Of a stretch of 64,000 nucleotides of DNA, positions 16,417 to 30,436 are shown piece after piece. The notes under the pieces were generated by a model. It saw only the letters and a program-made list of their open reading frames with translations, was not told the origin of the DNA and ran no database searches. This stretch comes from Eledone cirrhosa. Its lineage: Eukaryota. Every line of letters begins with the position of its first letter. Positions within the stretch are counted from its first letter, which is position 1. The position numbers were made by a program, and so were the translations under genes. Location of the stretch: contig OZ024740.1 of the NCBI GenBank assembly GCA_964016885.1, positions 222,766,001 to 222,830,000 of the forward strand, written 5' to 3'.

Positions 16417-16440
16417 CATCATATATATATATATATATAT

Positions 16441-19400
16441 ATCATCATCATCATCATCATCAACGTTTAACGTCCGTGTTCCACGCTTGCATGGGTTTGG
16501 ACGGGGGTAGTCCCACTTGAGGCAAGAGTGATTGTCTTGCTCACATAGGACTGTCTGGCAGGTTTTCTACAGTTGGATGCCCTTCCTAACACCAACCACA
16601 TTTACAGTGTGGGTCTGGGAGGTTTTTACCGTGTTGCCTACACGGCCACATTACAGCGTGGACTGTGTGTTTTTTTGTCGTGACACCTACACGATCTCAT
16701 TTGTTTCGGCCTGGATGGCGCGGCACCAACATAACTTTACATAGAACGGGGTGGTGTGGATGGGGTGGGGGTGGCGGCGGGAGGGGTGTATTTTGTTAGA
16801 GATGCCTACTGGCAAGGCGGGTCTTCTCTGTTACTGAGTACCGCCAAAGGTCACGGTCCAGTGACATTGTCTTGGAGAGGTGTAAGTGTGTGAGGTCGGA
16901 GTTTATCAGCTCATCCCATGTTTTTCTAGGTCTGCCTATTCCGTGGCTACCGTCTATCTTTATTGCCCTGCACTTTGTAATACAGCTATCGACTTTCATG
17001 CGCATCACGTGTCCATACCAACGCAGCCTTCTCTCGAGTAAACAACATCTGATCCCTCTTATCTCTAATTTTTTCCTTAGTTCGTTTATGCTTTGCCGTT
17101 CACGTATATTACTGTTACACATCCAGCGGAGCATGCAAGCTTCGTTCCTCTCTAGTCTGCGTATATCCTCTGCACACAATGCCCAGGTCTCACTACCATG
17201 CAACATTGCTGTTCGTATGCAGGCATCGTACAACCTGCCTTTCATTTTTAGGGAGAACCCTTTAGCAGCTAATAGTGGTATAAGCTCTCTGAACTTTTTC
17301 CAACCAGTTCTGACTCTAGCTACAGTACTTTCAGAGCACCCTCCCCCACTGCTGATTTTATCGCCCAGGTAACGGAAGCTGTCCACTATTTCTATAAAAC
17401 CCTCTGCGCAATTGAAAGAGCTAGTATTTTGTGGGCACTTGCTGCTACTTATTGCACCAGAACACCGGCCACATGTAAAGTCTATGTTCTTAGTTAGCTT
17501 ACCTGTGATCCCACTACATCTTTTATGCACCCATACTTGGCATTTAGGACATAAGATGGAGTTTCTACCTACGCCTTTCCTACATACCGAGCACGACCAT
17601 TTCCCAGAAGGGACCGCCGCCTTGTTTTCTTTCCTACAAACTAGAACTTTGGTCTTAGCCAGGTTAATTTTAAGTCCTTTTGACTCTAGGCCGTGCTTCC
17701 ATGTTTGGAATTTCTTCTCTAGCTCGGCCATTGATTCCGCTATGAGTGTCAGGTCGTCTGCGTATAGGAGTTCCCATGGGCAGCCTGTCTTGAACTCCTC
17801 TGTTATAGCCTGAAGGGCAATAATAAATAGTAGGGGGCTGAGAACAGAGCCCTGATGGACGCCAACTTTTACGCTAAACTCTTCACTATATTCGTTGTTA
17901 ATTCTAACCTTGCTGACTGTTTCTTTATACATGGCTTGTATAGCCCTCACAAGCCATTCGTCAACGCCTAGTTTTCTAAGAGCCCACCAGATAATGGAGC
18001 GGGGGACTCTGTCGAAGGCTTTCTCCAGGTCGACAAAAGCTAAGTAGAGGGGTTTACCTTTAGCTAGGTACTTCTCCTGTAGTTGTCGTACTATGAAAAG
18101 AGCGTCTGTGGTGCTTTTGCCTGACACAAACCCGAACTGCATTTCATCTAGATCAATTCTCTCTCTGATTAGTTGCGCTATTACTTTTTCCGTGACCTTC
18201 ATGACCTGGTCGATTAATTTAATGCCTCTATAGTTACTCCTATCTAGGGCGTCTCCTTTACCCTTATAACAGTTAACGATGATGCTGCTATGCCAGTCCT
18301 TCGGAACAACCCCATTCTGTACGACTTGGTTAACTATGCGGGTGACCATGGTGTGTCCCACCGTGCCAGATGCCTTCAGCATCTCAGCAACTATTTCCGA
18401 AGGCCCAGCCGCCTTACCAGTCTTCATATCCTTGATTGCCTTACTTATTATACTCCCCTCGACTAACACTGCTGGTCCCTCTATCGGGTCGATATGGGGG
18501 AGACTGTCTTTCTCCCATTTATTCTCCTCATTTAGTAGCCTTTCATAGTGACACTTCCAAGCTACCTTCTTATCAGTGTCGGTGATGGCAAGTATGCCAT
18601 CATCGTTAAGTACACACTTCTCCCCGACAATATCACGGTTTTCCTTGACGCATTGCCTGGCAATCCTGAACACCTCACGTTTTTGGTCATCGCGTTGTAG
18701 AACATGCTTGAACTTTCTTTCCTCAGCTTCCCTTCTTGCTAAGTACACTTCTCTCCTAGCTTCCCTCCTGGCCACTTGATAGTCTACTCTACTTCCCCCA
18801 TCCCGCCATACTTTCCAAGCCTGCTTTTTGGCCTTAATTGACCCCTCCACCTTACTGTTCCACCACCATGTTACTCTCCTCCTGCCTACAGGCCTGCTCC
18901 AGCCACAGACTTCGTCTGTCGCCAACAGCAGGTTAGCTTTCAGAAATTTCCACTGTCCCTCTATATTGTCCGATTCTAGATGCTCTTCCTTACTGTCGAA
19001 AGCATCAAGTAATATGCTTTGAAATTTATTTCTGGCTGTGGGGTCTTTTAGTTTCCATATTTTCCTCCTGAGGATAGTCCTCTTCTGCTGTCGGGTGTGT
19101 CTCGTCCTGACTATGAGGTCGCTAATTATCAGTCTATGTTGGGAGGTGCATTCTTCATGGGGGAGGGATTTAGTGTTTACAACAGACACTCTGTCACGTC
19201 TTCTGGTAAGGATATAATCTACCTGGCTTGTGTGTTCCCCGGATCTATAGGTAATCAGGTGATTGTCACGTTTTTTGAAGTTAGTGTTACAGATAGTTAG
19301 GTTATTTGCATCACAGTATTCCAGAATTCTGGAGCCTTCCTCATTTCTAGTACCAAACCCATAGCCTCCATGGATTTCGTCATAGCCGTCACAATGTTGT

Positions 19401-19808
19401 CCAACGTGACCATTTAGGTCGCCTGCAATAATTATATAGTCACTGTCAGATATTTGGGAGGTAGTTAGCAACAGTGTCTCATAGAATCTGTCTTTTATAG
19501 TGCCGGGCAGTCCGGATTGGGGTGCGTACGCAGATATTACTGTCACCGTAGTTCTATTGAGGACAAGTCTTATTTTAATTATTCTGTCGTTCACTCTATT
19601 TACGTCTATTATCTTATCTGCCCACTTTTCTGCTACCATGATTCCTACTCCACCCAGCCCATCGTCGTTTCCCACCCAGAAAAGCTTATAACATCGTTTT
19701 TTACCCTCAATGAATCTAGCAGACCCACCCCTCCACCTGGTCTCTTGAATACAACAAACATCGACCTCCTTACGTTCAAGCATTTCTACAACCTCGTTAG
19801 CGCGACCC
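16441..19808 (-). mobile_element. RTE-clade non-LTR retrotransposon, near full length, 5'-truncated, with (GAT)n tail
   Basis: Single APE+RT ORF and a ~350 bp 3' UTR ending in (GAT)n (ATC repeats on + at 16441). Flanked by (TA)n on the left and TATATA at 19809. Confidence 0.95.
16796..19783 (-). CDS. RTE ORF: AP-like endonuclease + reverse transcriptase + PHD finger + C-terminal domain (995 aa, no stops)
   Basis: APE motifs CIQETRW, SAYAPQ, GDLNGH, QVDYIL, SQHRL. RT motifs YRGIKL, QFGF, FVDLEKAFD, GVHQGSVLSP, LLYADD. C-terminal FRYLG, RLRWYGHVMR, GRPRKTW. The frame stays open 8 codons upstream of the ATG (GRANEVVE) before a TAG at the flank junction. Confidence 0.95.
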   Translation of the reverse strand: MLERKEVDVCCIQETRWRGGSARFIEGKKRCYKLFWVGNDDGLGGVGIMVAEKWADKIIDVNRVNDRIIKIRLVLNRTTVTVISAYAPQSGLPGTIKDRFYETLLLTTSQISDSDYIIIAGDLNGHVGQHCDGYDEIHGGYGFGTRNEEGSRILEYCDANNLTICNTNFKKRDNHLITYRSGEHTSQVDYILTRRRDRVSVVNTKSLPHEECTSQHRLIISDLIVRTRHTRQQKRTILRRKIWKLKDPTARNKFQSILLDAFDSKEEHLESDNIEGQWKFLKANLLLATDEVCGWSRPVGRRRVTWWWNSKVEGSIKAKKQAWKVWRDGGSRVDYQVARREARREVYLARREAEERKFKHVLQRDDQKREVFRIARQCVKENRDIVGEKCVLNDDGILAITDTDKKVAWKCHYERLLNEENKWEKDSLPHIDPIEGPAVLVEGSIISKAIKDMKTGKAAGPSEIVAEMLKASGTVGHTMVTRIVNQVVQNGVVPKDWHSSIIVNCYKGKGDALDRSNYRGIKLIDQVMKVTEKVIAQLIRERIDLDEMQFGFVSGKSTTDALFIVRQLQEKYLAKGKPLYLAFVDLEKAFDRVPRSIIWWALRKLGVDEWLVRAIQAMYKETVSKVRINNEYSEEFSVKVGVHQGSVLSPLLFIIALQAITEEFKTGCPWELLYADDLTLIAESMAELEKKFQTWKHGLESKGLKINLAKTKVLVCRKENKAAVPSGKWSCSVCRKGVGRNSILCPKCQVWVHKRCSGITGKLTKNIDFTCGRCSGAISSSKCPQNTSSFNCAEGFIEIVDSFRYLGDKISSGGGCSESTVARVRTGWKKFRELIPLLAAKGFSLKMKGRLYDACIRTAMLHGSETWALCAEDIRRLERNEACMLRWMCNSNIRERQSINELRKKLEIRGIRCCLLERRLRWYGHVMRMKVDSCITKCRAIKIDGSHGIGRPRKTWDELINSDLTHLHLSKTMSLDRDLWRYSVTEKTRLASRHL

Positions 19809-20527
<719 letters not shown>

Positions 20528-21216
20528 TATATATATCATATATATATCATATATATTCAAACTTTATTGACATGTTACAATTGTTTTGTTTCGATATCCA
20601 TCAACTCAGAATACAATCAAAATGACGAGGCCCAACTCTTTTTTGACATCTTGTAGGATATGAGAATTTATATGTGCAATTTCACATCTAAGTTGTTAGA
20701 CAAAGGTCCCAAGATCTTTTTATATACACTTATTATTGGGTGTTAGATGGTGGGAGTAACGGTAGGTTTACGTTTAAAGGGTGAAGGATAAAGAATGTAA
20801 ACTTACTGTTACTCCCTCCCGCACCCTCACTCAACAGTGATCTGATATAACATATATATAACTTATATATTCATAAATACACACACACATACATATATAT
20901 ATCCACTCACACACACACATACGCATTGATAAATTTTTATTGAAAAGAAATTTGTTGAATATGAATTGGGTACAATAAGTTTATGAGGCTAAAATTGTAT
21001 GTTTATTTAAAAAAAAGGTGTATCTTACATTTCATATTATCCCAAGACACTGTGCAATATGCTCTGAATTAATTAATCTACCTTCCCAGCACATGCACTG
21101 TTAGAATGGTTTGGAATGCCTTACCTGAACGTTACAACAGCAATGAATTAGCATCGAATAGAAGATAACCTGCCATGGAATTAGCTTGATACATGACAGC
21201 ACTAAGCTTAGATGAA

Positions 21217-21519
21217 CACAATGGTAGCATGATAAGATGGGGTTCTAATGGAAATCTAAATCAACTTAACTAACTCGAGTTTTTTGGAGAATCAGATTCT
21301 GAATTATATCAAATTTGATGGATTCTTAAGTGATAAACTCGTTTTATAAACAATTACCTTTTAAAATCGTGTTAATATCTTTTAAGCAAACGATGAAATC
21401 AAACCAGTTTTAGCATTCTTGTTTTAGATTTTGTATTTTATGAATTCAGATATTTGCATTGATGTTATTGTAATGGATTTTTAAAAAATGTAATTGATTT
21501 AATTTTACATATATATATA

Positions 21520-21568
<49 letters not shown>

Positions 21569-22955
21569 CTGTATATATATATCTATGACAGCAATGACTT
21601 TGTTTTGCAAGGTTTTTTATATGAAATCGTGTGTTGAAATTGATATTGTTATATTTGGGGAGCGTCATATTGTTATATTGCCAGAAATATATATATATTT
21701 TTTTTTTTTTTACTCAATTATGGTAGGACATAACCCTATGAGACTCAATGTAGTGTAGATATGAATATCCCATCGAAAAAGAGAAAATTTGTTTTGTAGA
21801 AAAACGGTTTCTTATTATATGTCATTGATTACAATGTGTGTACCTCATCACGTTTCAAATACCAGCATCAGTCTGCCATCATTTTCATGTCCCACCTCAC
21901 TTGATACCTTTCTTCCATCACCTTGATGTCTTAGTAAAATCCTTCCCCTTGCTCATCACTAACATGTCCTAAATTTTAGGAAAATGATTTAAATGGCAGT
22001 ACAAAAAATGTATTTTTATATTCATCTTCACACCAAGCTCTTTGAATTTACCTACCATGTTCTCCATTCTTTCTTTCTAATTGTCAGCTCTATGGCTTCC
22101 CAAACAGCTTTTTACAACTTCAAGAAATGCAAACCTTGCTGCTAACTTGTCCAATGTCATAAAACCTACAAACTTTTCATCTTTCATGAGTTTTCTGATT
22201 TGTGGACCATCAAAAATGTTATTTTTTAATTTTACATACTGAGACCAGGGAATCATTGACTAATGTATTGGAAACAGTCACCATCCTTGTTCAAAGCTTT
22301 TACAAACTGCTTTGTTAAGCCCAGCTTGATATGCAAAGGAGGAAAAATAAACTTTTCCCTGGGCACCAAAGATTCATTTATCACATTCCTGTTGCCACAA
22401 GTCAATTGTTCTCTTGTTTGCCAGTCTCTTTTGATCCAAAGGTTCTCCCTGTCACTGCTGTCCCAACAGATAAAACATGGGTACTTAGTAAAGCCTGACT
22501 ACTGTCCTAGCAGAAAATCGGCCATCTTTAAGTCAACACATATCACCCAGTTATGCTCGTAGTACTTAATCATATTGAAAACTTTCTTAAAAGCATCATA
22601 TCTCTCTTTGTGTGTCACTGAATGTCCAATTGGAATGGAAGTGTATACGTTGGAGATAAGCAGCAAGATGTATGTCAAACTTCATTTAGCGCTATCAATA
22701 AATAGCCTCCAGTTCTCAGGAAAACACTTTTCAATTTCCAACTTAGAAAGAATACCTGCTCTATTTTTGCAAAATACCAGCTCATCCCTCTTTTTAAAAG
22801 ATGGAACACATTCTGCATTTTGCATATAACAAAACATTATTTTTGTCCCCAGTAAGAGGAGGTTTTTATCTGTTAGTCGAGAAGCTAGGAATTCAGATGA
22901 TTCATTTGACAAGTTTAAGTATCTGACCGAGTCACTAAGTTGTTCTTGTGAATGA
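21217..22955 (-). mobile_element. Decayed DNA transposon with transposase pseudogene, most like Chapaev3 (CMC)
   Basis: Minus-strand motifs over about 21850-22955: LNLSNESSEFLASRL, ENWRLFIDS, WVICVDLKM, GFTKYPCFICWDS, PPLHIKLGLTKQFVKAL, IFDGPQIRKL, SDEQGEGF, MEERYQ, MMAD; several stops. Candidate CAC terminus at 21217. Superfamily is recalled from motifs, not searched. Confidence 0.8.
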
Positions 22956-23462
22956 CCAGGGGATTTGCACATAGAAAGTCCCCACCTCTGAGGGACAAGT
23001 CTGGCCAAGTTCTTTTGTGGAAGAGCAGCAGCTTCCCATGCAGTCTCTCCTTTCCATGCCACTAATGTTGTCCTAGGCAAGGCTTGATACAGCCTAGCAC
23101 CAGTGATGGAACAATTCATTTTTACAGGTGAGTGAACGGGTGCAGTGTGAAATAAAGTGACTTGCTCAAGGACACAACACAGCTTCCAATCTGAGAATCA
23201 AACTCACAATCTCAGGATTAACCACTAAACCATGTGACTATATATATATATATATTATGCAAAAGAATGGGTTTGAGCTTGTTTTGGCCTTAGCTGTGAA
23301 GGGTAAAACAAAATATAAAATAAGAAACTAAAAGTCTATAGACCTAAAACAGAGTTTCACCATAATGTCTGTTCTGGTTACTCCATGGGAACGTTTTGAA
23401 AGTAAAGTTTTCCCCACCCTGATTTATGCAATAACCTGAGTTTAAATCTTTATCTCATATAT

Positions 23463-23610
23463 ATCATCATCATCATCACCGTTTTACGTCCGTTCTTCCA
23501 CGCTAGTATGGGTTAGATGGGTTGTCCTGTTGTGGGCAGTGTCTGGTCGGCTGACCATGCCTTGCTCATATAGGAACTGATTTGGCTTGATTTCTAACAC
23601 CAACCAATAT
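23463..23610 (-). mobile_element. Short RTE 3' tail fragment
   Basis: Closely matches the reverse complement of about 45240-45370; (ATC)n next to TA. Confidence 0.85.
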
Positions 23611-23824
23611 GTTTAACTGATGATGAACATATATAAATACTAGGGCCAAATAAAATCTATTAACATAAACACATTGATACAAGAGACTTGTTTTTATTTC
23701 TATCTATGAATTTGGAGATTCTTGGTATAGTTTCAAATTCAAATTGTTTTTAATTATAACTAAATACTAATGCAGAATCATCAAATTCACTCAATGGGTA
23801 TGCAAAATGTGCTCAATCTGGGAA

Positions 23825-24236
23825 CAGAGGCATAGCAAAGAGGGTGTGAAGGTGGTCAATGATCCTTAGATGCAAGTGTGAAGGGGTACTACATTTTCTC
23901 AGCCCTATCAGGTCTTTCAACTCTTTGATATCAAACAGTTAGAAAACACCTCTGGTTCTATGACAAAAACTGTTTATTTGTCTAAAATATACCATCATAA
24001 TTCTATGCAAGAAAGAAACTTTGTTAAATTATGTTCCAAACACCAGCTTAATAATGAAATGAATTTTTATATTACTAAATTCGTCCGAAGTCTTGATTAT
24101 ATTCAAAATTATTTGGAAAATAAAGGCAGCATCTTACATTAGAAATATGGCTAGGTTGAAAATGATTAAATGATGTGGAAGGGGCACTAAAAGTGACTTA
24201 TCCCTCTGAATGCTGAGATCCCTTACTATGCCACTG
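23825..24236. mobile_element. Old hAT-like MITE
   Basis: Termini cagaggcatagcaaag / cttactatgccactg; the 8-bp flanks match only 5/8. Confidence 0.55.
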
Positions 24237-25479
24237 TTTGGTAGCCACCGACCTAAAATATAATCTAATTGATATTCCCAACATTTGAATGTAAAGCATT
24301 AAAAATTCAACTACTTCACAACTCTTCTGCCAAACATTTTGGCTAAATTGGTGAGAAGGAAATAAAATAACACATTAAAATTAAATGTAAATAATCAATT
24401 GGAAAGCTTATTAATTGAAGACATTGATGTAAGTTGTAGGCAGTTGTTTTGGTAAGAAATAGATTTCAAATGCTATTTTAAAATATTGCTAAGGAAAAAA
24501 TTACATTAATTTTGTCTGAAAACAATTTAATTAATTTTGTTTTCTTTCTTTATTTTATATATTATTATTATTATTATTAGTATTATGAAAAATAAACAAA
24601 TAAATGTTTCTTTTCCATTTGTTTTTGTAAAACGGTAAAATTAATTTCAAATGAATTTCTATGAAATAGAAAATACTTTATAAACCATTACAATGGAGTT
24701 AAAATTTATCAAGAGTAAATGCCAGAAATATATTTGATAAAACGTTTCCTTTTATAGTTAGTATAACTTGTTTATACATAAGATGTATGTATGCTCAAAG
24801 TCTTTTAGCTTGACTGTAACTATAATAATGATATTGCTGATGATGGCTGTGCTTATGATGATTATGATGATACAGAAAAGAGAAGTGTAGAGGAGAGAAT
24901 AATTTTTGTGAAAACAACTATTATTGTTAAAAGGGAAGTAATCATATTTTTTATGCCTATATAAAAGAGAGGTGGTCAATGAAAACAAATTTGAGAAAAA
25001 ATAAATGCACCAAATAACTTCAAAGCAACCAAAATTTTAGTTTATTACATACTTCAAGTTAAAATTGGCTGTAATAAATACATTGCTTTGAATATACTGT
25101 TGTCACCATTGTTAGTCATAATCATAGGTTTTACATACTTTAAAATGAGGGCAAGGATTAGACAAGACGTTTTGAGACAGATACCTGGATGCACACCATG
25201 ATATCAAACTAAACTTTTTCTAAAGAGAATTTTATGGATCCATGCATGTCTAACTGTTGAGCAATGGGGCTTCCATTTATGTGGGTCTTATATAAATTTC
25301 ATCACCTGTGCTAGGGACATTAAATGTGAAAAGAAGAGAAAAAGAGAAAGAAATATAGAGACACACAGGCATATATATATATGTGTGTGTGTGTGTGTGT
25401 TTTCCAAGAGATGGCAACATGAATGGACCTATTATTTTTCTCTAAATATTTTTTTATATTTCCGCCCTGCCTGTCTCCT

Positions 25480-25510
<31 letters not shown>

Positions 25511-25956
25511 CGTTATTCCGGGTTGAATCGGAGGTAACCACAGTAAGTAAGGTACTCAATACATTCCAGAGTATAAAAGTTTTAATAAAAGAATCTCATC
25601 TATATATATATATATATAAAGAGAGAGAGAGGTGATGAGGAGGTGAGATAGAGAGAGAGATACATACAAATATATGATGGGCTGCATACAGTTTTCATCA
25701 ACCAAATTCTCTCATAATTATTGATCAAAGAAGATATGCCCAAGGTGCCATGCATATGCAGTTGGATGAGATTCAGGGCCATTTGGTTTCAAAGCAAATG
25801 TCTAAAACAAAGTCATACTGATATGTGGCTCAATGCCGAGATCAGGACAAGCAATAGGTTTACCAAGCAAGGAATTTAGACACAATTGATGTACTGAAGT
25901 AGCTGGAAGCTGGTGCAATATAAAATGCATGAGCCAATATGATAGCCTATATGTGG

Positions 25957-26131
25957 TCACTTGAACTTTTTGAAATAGCAATCAAATCTTCCTCAAATCA
26001 TACTACTGTCTTTTAAAAGAATATATTAGATACTATTGGGGACTATATTGTCGACTGTAATTTTATTTAATACAATAGAGTGTAATTTGAATGAAAGATG
26101 TTTGGATGCTATTTCTTGCAAGTTCAGTGAC
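25957..26131. mobile_element. Old palindromic MITE
   Basis: gtcacttgaactttttgaaatagc...gctatttcttgcaagttcagtgac. Half-copies near 35990-36180, 57690-57845 and 61330-61530. Confidence 0.55.
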
Positions 26132-28652
26132 AATGAAGTGTCTTTATGCTTATGTTAAATCGACAAATGATATAAGCTGATGTTGTATGCTGTGGGAAAA
26201 TCTGATATAAATTGTCAAATGATTCTTATGTCAGAGATAGTCTTAAGTAGACTTAAGAAGCAATTAGGATAGGTCTAATAACATTCATCTGCAATTTAGA
26301 AATGACACTAATAAGGCAGAAACATTAATTGAGTGGGTTGGTTAGATCTGCAAATTCAACCGATGAAGGCCATCAATGGGAAAACAAACATAAATCTAAT
26401 GATGAGGATGATAATGACGACTTATATGTAAATATTTTTAATCTCTCAGTGAAGGAATTTCTGAACTATAGCCAAGAGGAAATTGTCATGCCCTATAGCA
26501 TGATCAGCAAATAGTTTACTATGTAAAAGCATAGCTAATGTTTAAAACATATTTAATTTGGCTTCCCAAGATCTTTCAGAAAATAGTATGATTGATAATA
26601 TAGCAACTAGCTGTGGGATATAATGGTTAGTCTTTAGGCAGACTCACATTGCTATATAAACATAATTTAGAACTACTGCTGCTTGTATAGATTTGAAAAA
26701 TGTACAAAATATGATTATTTGAAAGGCTTTATCCATAATGAGCAAATAATTCAACATAGGAAAACATTTATAACGGTTTCTGATATAGGCACAAGGCAAA
26801 CAATTTTGGATGAGAGGAAAGTCTATTAAATTGACTCTAGTGCATTACTGGTACTTTATGTTATCGATCCCTGTAAGGATGAAAGGCAAAGCAAACCTTG
26901 GCAGGATTTTAACTCAGAATGTAGAGGGCTCTAACTGTATGCCACAAAGCATACTGATACTGCCAATCCACATAGGAGAACATTTATAATATTAAAAAGA
27001 ATGACCATATATAATCATGAATAAGTCACACATTTTTACTAAAATATATATGTAATAAACCCACATTTGATCTATCTACTCTACCTACAGAACCACATTT
27101 CAAATTATATAAAACATTGTAAATGCTGTATGTAAAATGGTGTGAAACTTATACAAGCATATATACTGCATATGTTTAAAACATACTGAGACTTGCTGTA
27201 TAAATAATACTGGAGCTATAACCATGCATTGATCTCTCCTACTAATAAACAATTTGTTGAGTACAGTGTGTTTGTTAACAGATCTATACTATATATAAGG
27301 GATCATGTAACAGGCATTAGCCTGAAGAGGGGACAATGTAGGGTAAAGAGGACACATTATGTATACTTTGTAATGAGATTGGTATTAAATATGGCTTTCA
27401 AAATGGCCTGTAAAAAATTGAAATATATGAGCAACACAGACTTCTGACTCTCTCATGAGGGCAGTAACTCTCAATAATATAACTGTAATGATATGTCTAA
27501 TGCATGACAATATGGAAACATGTATTATGATGATTGGGTGTAAGAGGAAAATATTGTCTCACAATTAATTATGGCATTATCAGTTACATGGCTTTATAAT
27601 ATTTATTCTTTTTTCTCTTATGAAAACAAATATATATGAGTCTATATAGAATCAAATCAATTAACAAAATCCAAGACCTCGTTCAATATGTTCCACTGAG
27701 TGAGATGGAACTTGTCAAATCGAAACAAGGAAACAATGTTTCAATTGGTCTTTCCATTGTTGATACTATCTACAGGTTGCAACTTTTGTAGGAAGAGTAA
27801 TGCGAAATATAATGTCTTGCTTAAGGACTAAGTGATTTACCTGGTTTGGAAATTAAACTCACAACCTCATAATTGTGAATCCAATTCTCTAACCACCATC
27901 ACATATATAAAATTTTAATTTCATAAACATGAAAAAAAATGTTTTCCATATTGTTACTATTTTAGTATATTACTATTTTATGGCATATTTGCTAAAAACT
28001 AAGAATGAATTTCTATTTGATTTGTCCAAAATAATCAACAGGAAATTATAGTTAAATTTCATCAAACAGCAAATGGCTAAAATAACTATGAAAAAATCAG
28101 TCCAACCTATTTTGTCTTCATTCATATTTTTGAATGTTCAAATTATAACTTATATATATTACTGATGTTTTATTTTGTCATTTGGGAGTGATTTCTTTAT
28201 ATTGATATATCTAAAGGAAAAGTATCATAAAATGATGAAAAATAACTTTTATTTGTGTTTCTGACATTGGTAGGATAAATGAATTTAGATAGATATGCAT
28301 GGCTGAATTGTTCTGGTATTTGATTTTGAGAAAGATTTGTCTTGGAATTTTTACACAACAAACTTGCTGCAGTCTCTTTAATAATTTCAATGACAAAAGG
28401 AAGTACATAGACTTTTATTTGGGGGTTTATTGCATATTTCTTTGCGTGGGATGGTCAAAATAGTGTGTGTAATATTTTGTAATGTTTGAAGTAATTAATC
28501 ACTAAAAGGCATTTGAAGAGGAAGCATGTGAAGTTTGTAAAAATAAAAATTTGTTTGAAAAAAAAGAGGAATTTACTAAATGATAATGATTGGGTAGTCA
28601 AACAATAGTCTGCATAAAGAACACAACAACAGGGACAGACTATGTTTCGCAG

Positions 28653-29385
28653 TCATCATCATCATCACCATCATGTTTATGTCAGCTTTTCCATGCTTGC
28701 ATGAGTTTGATGGGTTTTTATCAGTACAGAATCTTTCCAATCTGACACGTTCCTTTATCATCTCCTCTGTGTTTGAACAATTTTAGATCAGTTCTCACCA
28801 CCTCCACCCAGGTATTTCATTACTGCACTTTCCTTCAACTGGGATTTCCTGGCACTTCTTTACCCAGTGATCATCATCCATGCACATCACATGCCCATAC
28901 CAATGCAATCCTCCCTCTTATACACTACTTCTAATACCTCTTAAAAACAGGTTTTCTCTTTGTTCATTCATGCTTTGTAGTTCTCTCATATTAACATTAT
29001 ACATCCAGTGAAGCACACTTGCATCATTTCTCTCCAGTTATTGCTCATGTTTCACTTCCATGCAATATTGCATTTCACACACAACTGTCATACAGCTATC
29101 CATTCAGTTGTAGGGAGAAACATTTTATTGTCAATAGAAGGAGTAGCTCTCTCATACTTCGTTTCATCCTATACTTATTCTAGCTACTATGCCCTTGGAG
29201 CACCCTCCCCCACTGCTAATTAGATCACCTAGGTATCAGAAACTATCAACTGCTTCTATGGATCCTTCAAGTGATAAGAGAAGGATTATATCTCTGCCCT
29301 TCTTACAACCAATTACCCCTGTGCATCTATTATATATGAAGACGTATTTTCCTTTTAGTCTGCCTACTATCCCACTACACATAAG
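28653..29385 (-). pseudogene. Decayed RTE 3' fragment, including the second half of the PHD finger
   Basis: Translates to CSGIVGRLKGKYVFIYNRCTG...EGSIEAVDSF*YLGDLISSGGGCS, homologous to the intact ORF; (CAT)n tail at 28653. Confidence 0.9.
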
Positions 29386-29613
29386 GAATAACAAAATCAA
29401 AGAAGCACAATACAAATGGAGAACTTTGTAAAACCAGCAGCTAAAGAACAATTGATTTCCGCAGCAAAATTTAGTGGAGTATTTAGTATTCAGTTAGTGG
29501 AAATAATTGGTGTGAATAAAGATGCACAACCTGTGCTTTATGTGTGATGCACACATGGTTCAATAACTTCTGAGCCCAATCCTCTCCAAGTCTGAATACA
29601 GCAGATTTCTTCC

Positions 29614-29695
<82 letters not shown>

Positions 29696-30436
29696 GAAGT
29701 GTGAAAAAGATATACAAAAAGAATCAACCTCAGTACTTAAGAGGTACTTTCTTTATCAACCTCAAATGGCAGGATTTGAAATCAGAGAGCGGTGAGCCCA
29801 AACCAATGCCACAAAGCATTCTATTTGATGTTCTAGCAACTCTGCCAATATGCTTCTTATTTATGTGTAATATCCCTATGGGGGAAAAACATGGAAAATA
29901 CCATTTTATTTTGAAAAATATATTCTACTTCAACATCTGAACAGTAGATTGTTTACCATAACTAATGTTTACTATTTCCTTGAAATTCATTTCCACCTAA
30001 CTTTCTTAATAATGCTTATTTTTAATGAAATTTTGCAATGATAGATTTTCAAATGAGATAGAATATGATCACATTGATGAAATAATTTCATAATGCAGAG
30101 TTGTAGAAATGATATTACATTCCAGTATAAAATATCTATGACATTAATACAATTTATTATCAACATGAAACTGAATGGCATGATGAAATGGATCTCAACA
30201 AAATCCCATTAACGAAATATGCATCAGGAACGAAAGCTATGAGGAAACAAAGTTGAGGGGTACTAAACTGTAGTTATACCCATTCTTTGTTAATAAAAAA
30301 TTAAACTATTCCGATCTGGTGATTGGTGCCTTTCCCTTTCTTTTTGTAAATAATCACTGTCACCTTTCAAATTGTAAACTTTATAACGACAAACACCTTC
30401 AATAACAGTTTTCTCAGTAATATTTGTTCTTCACTC

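Noticed and set aside
20560-20665. Possible decayed minus-strand hammerhead (gatgtc...gatatcGAAAC)
   Set aside because: No CTGANGA box or helix I could be identified.
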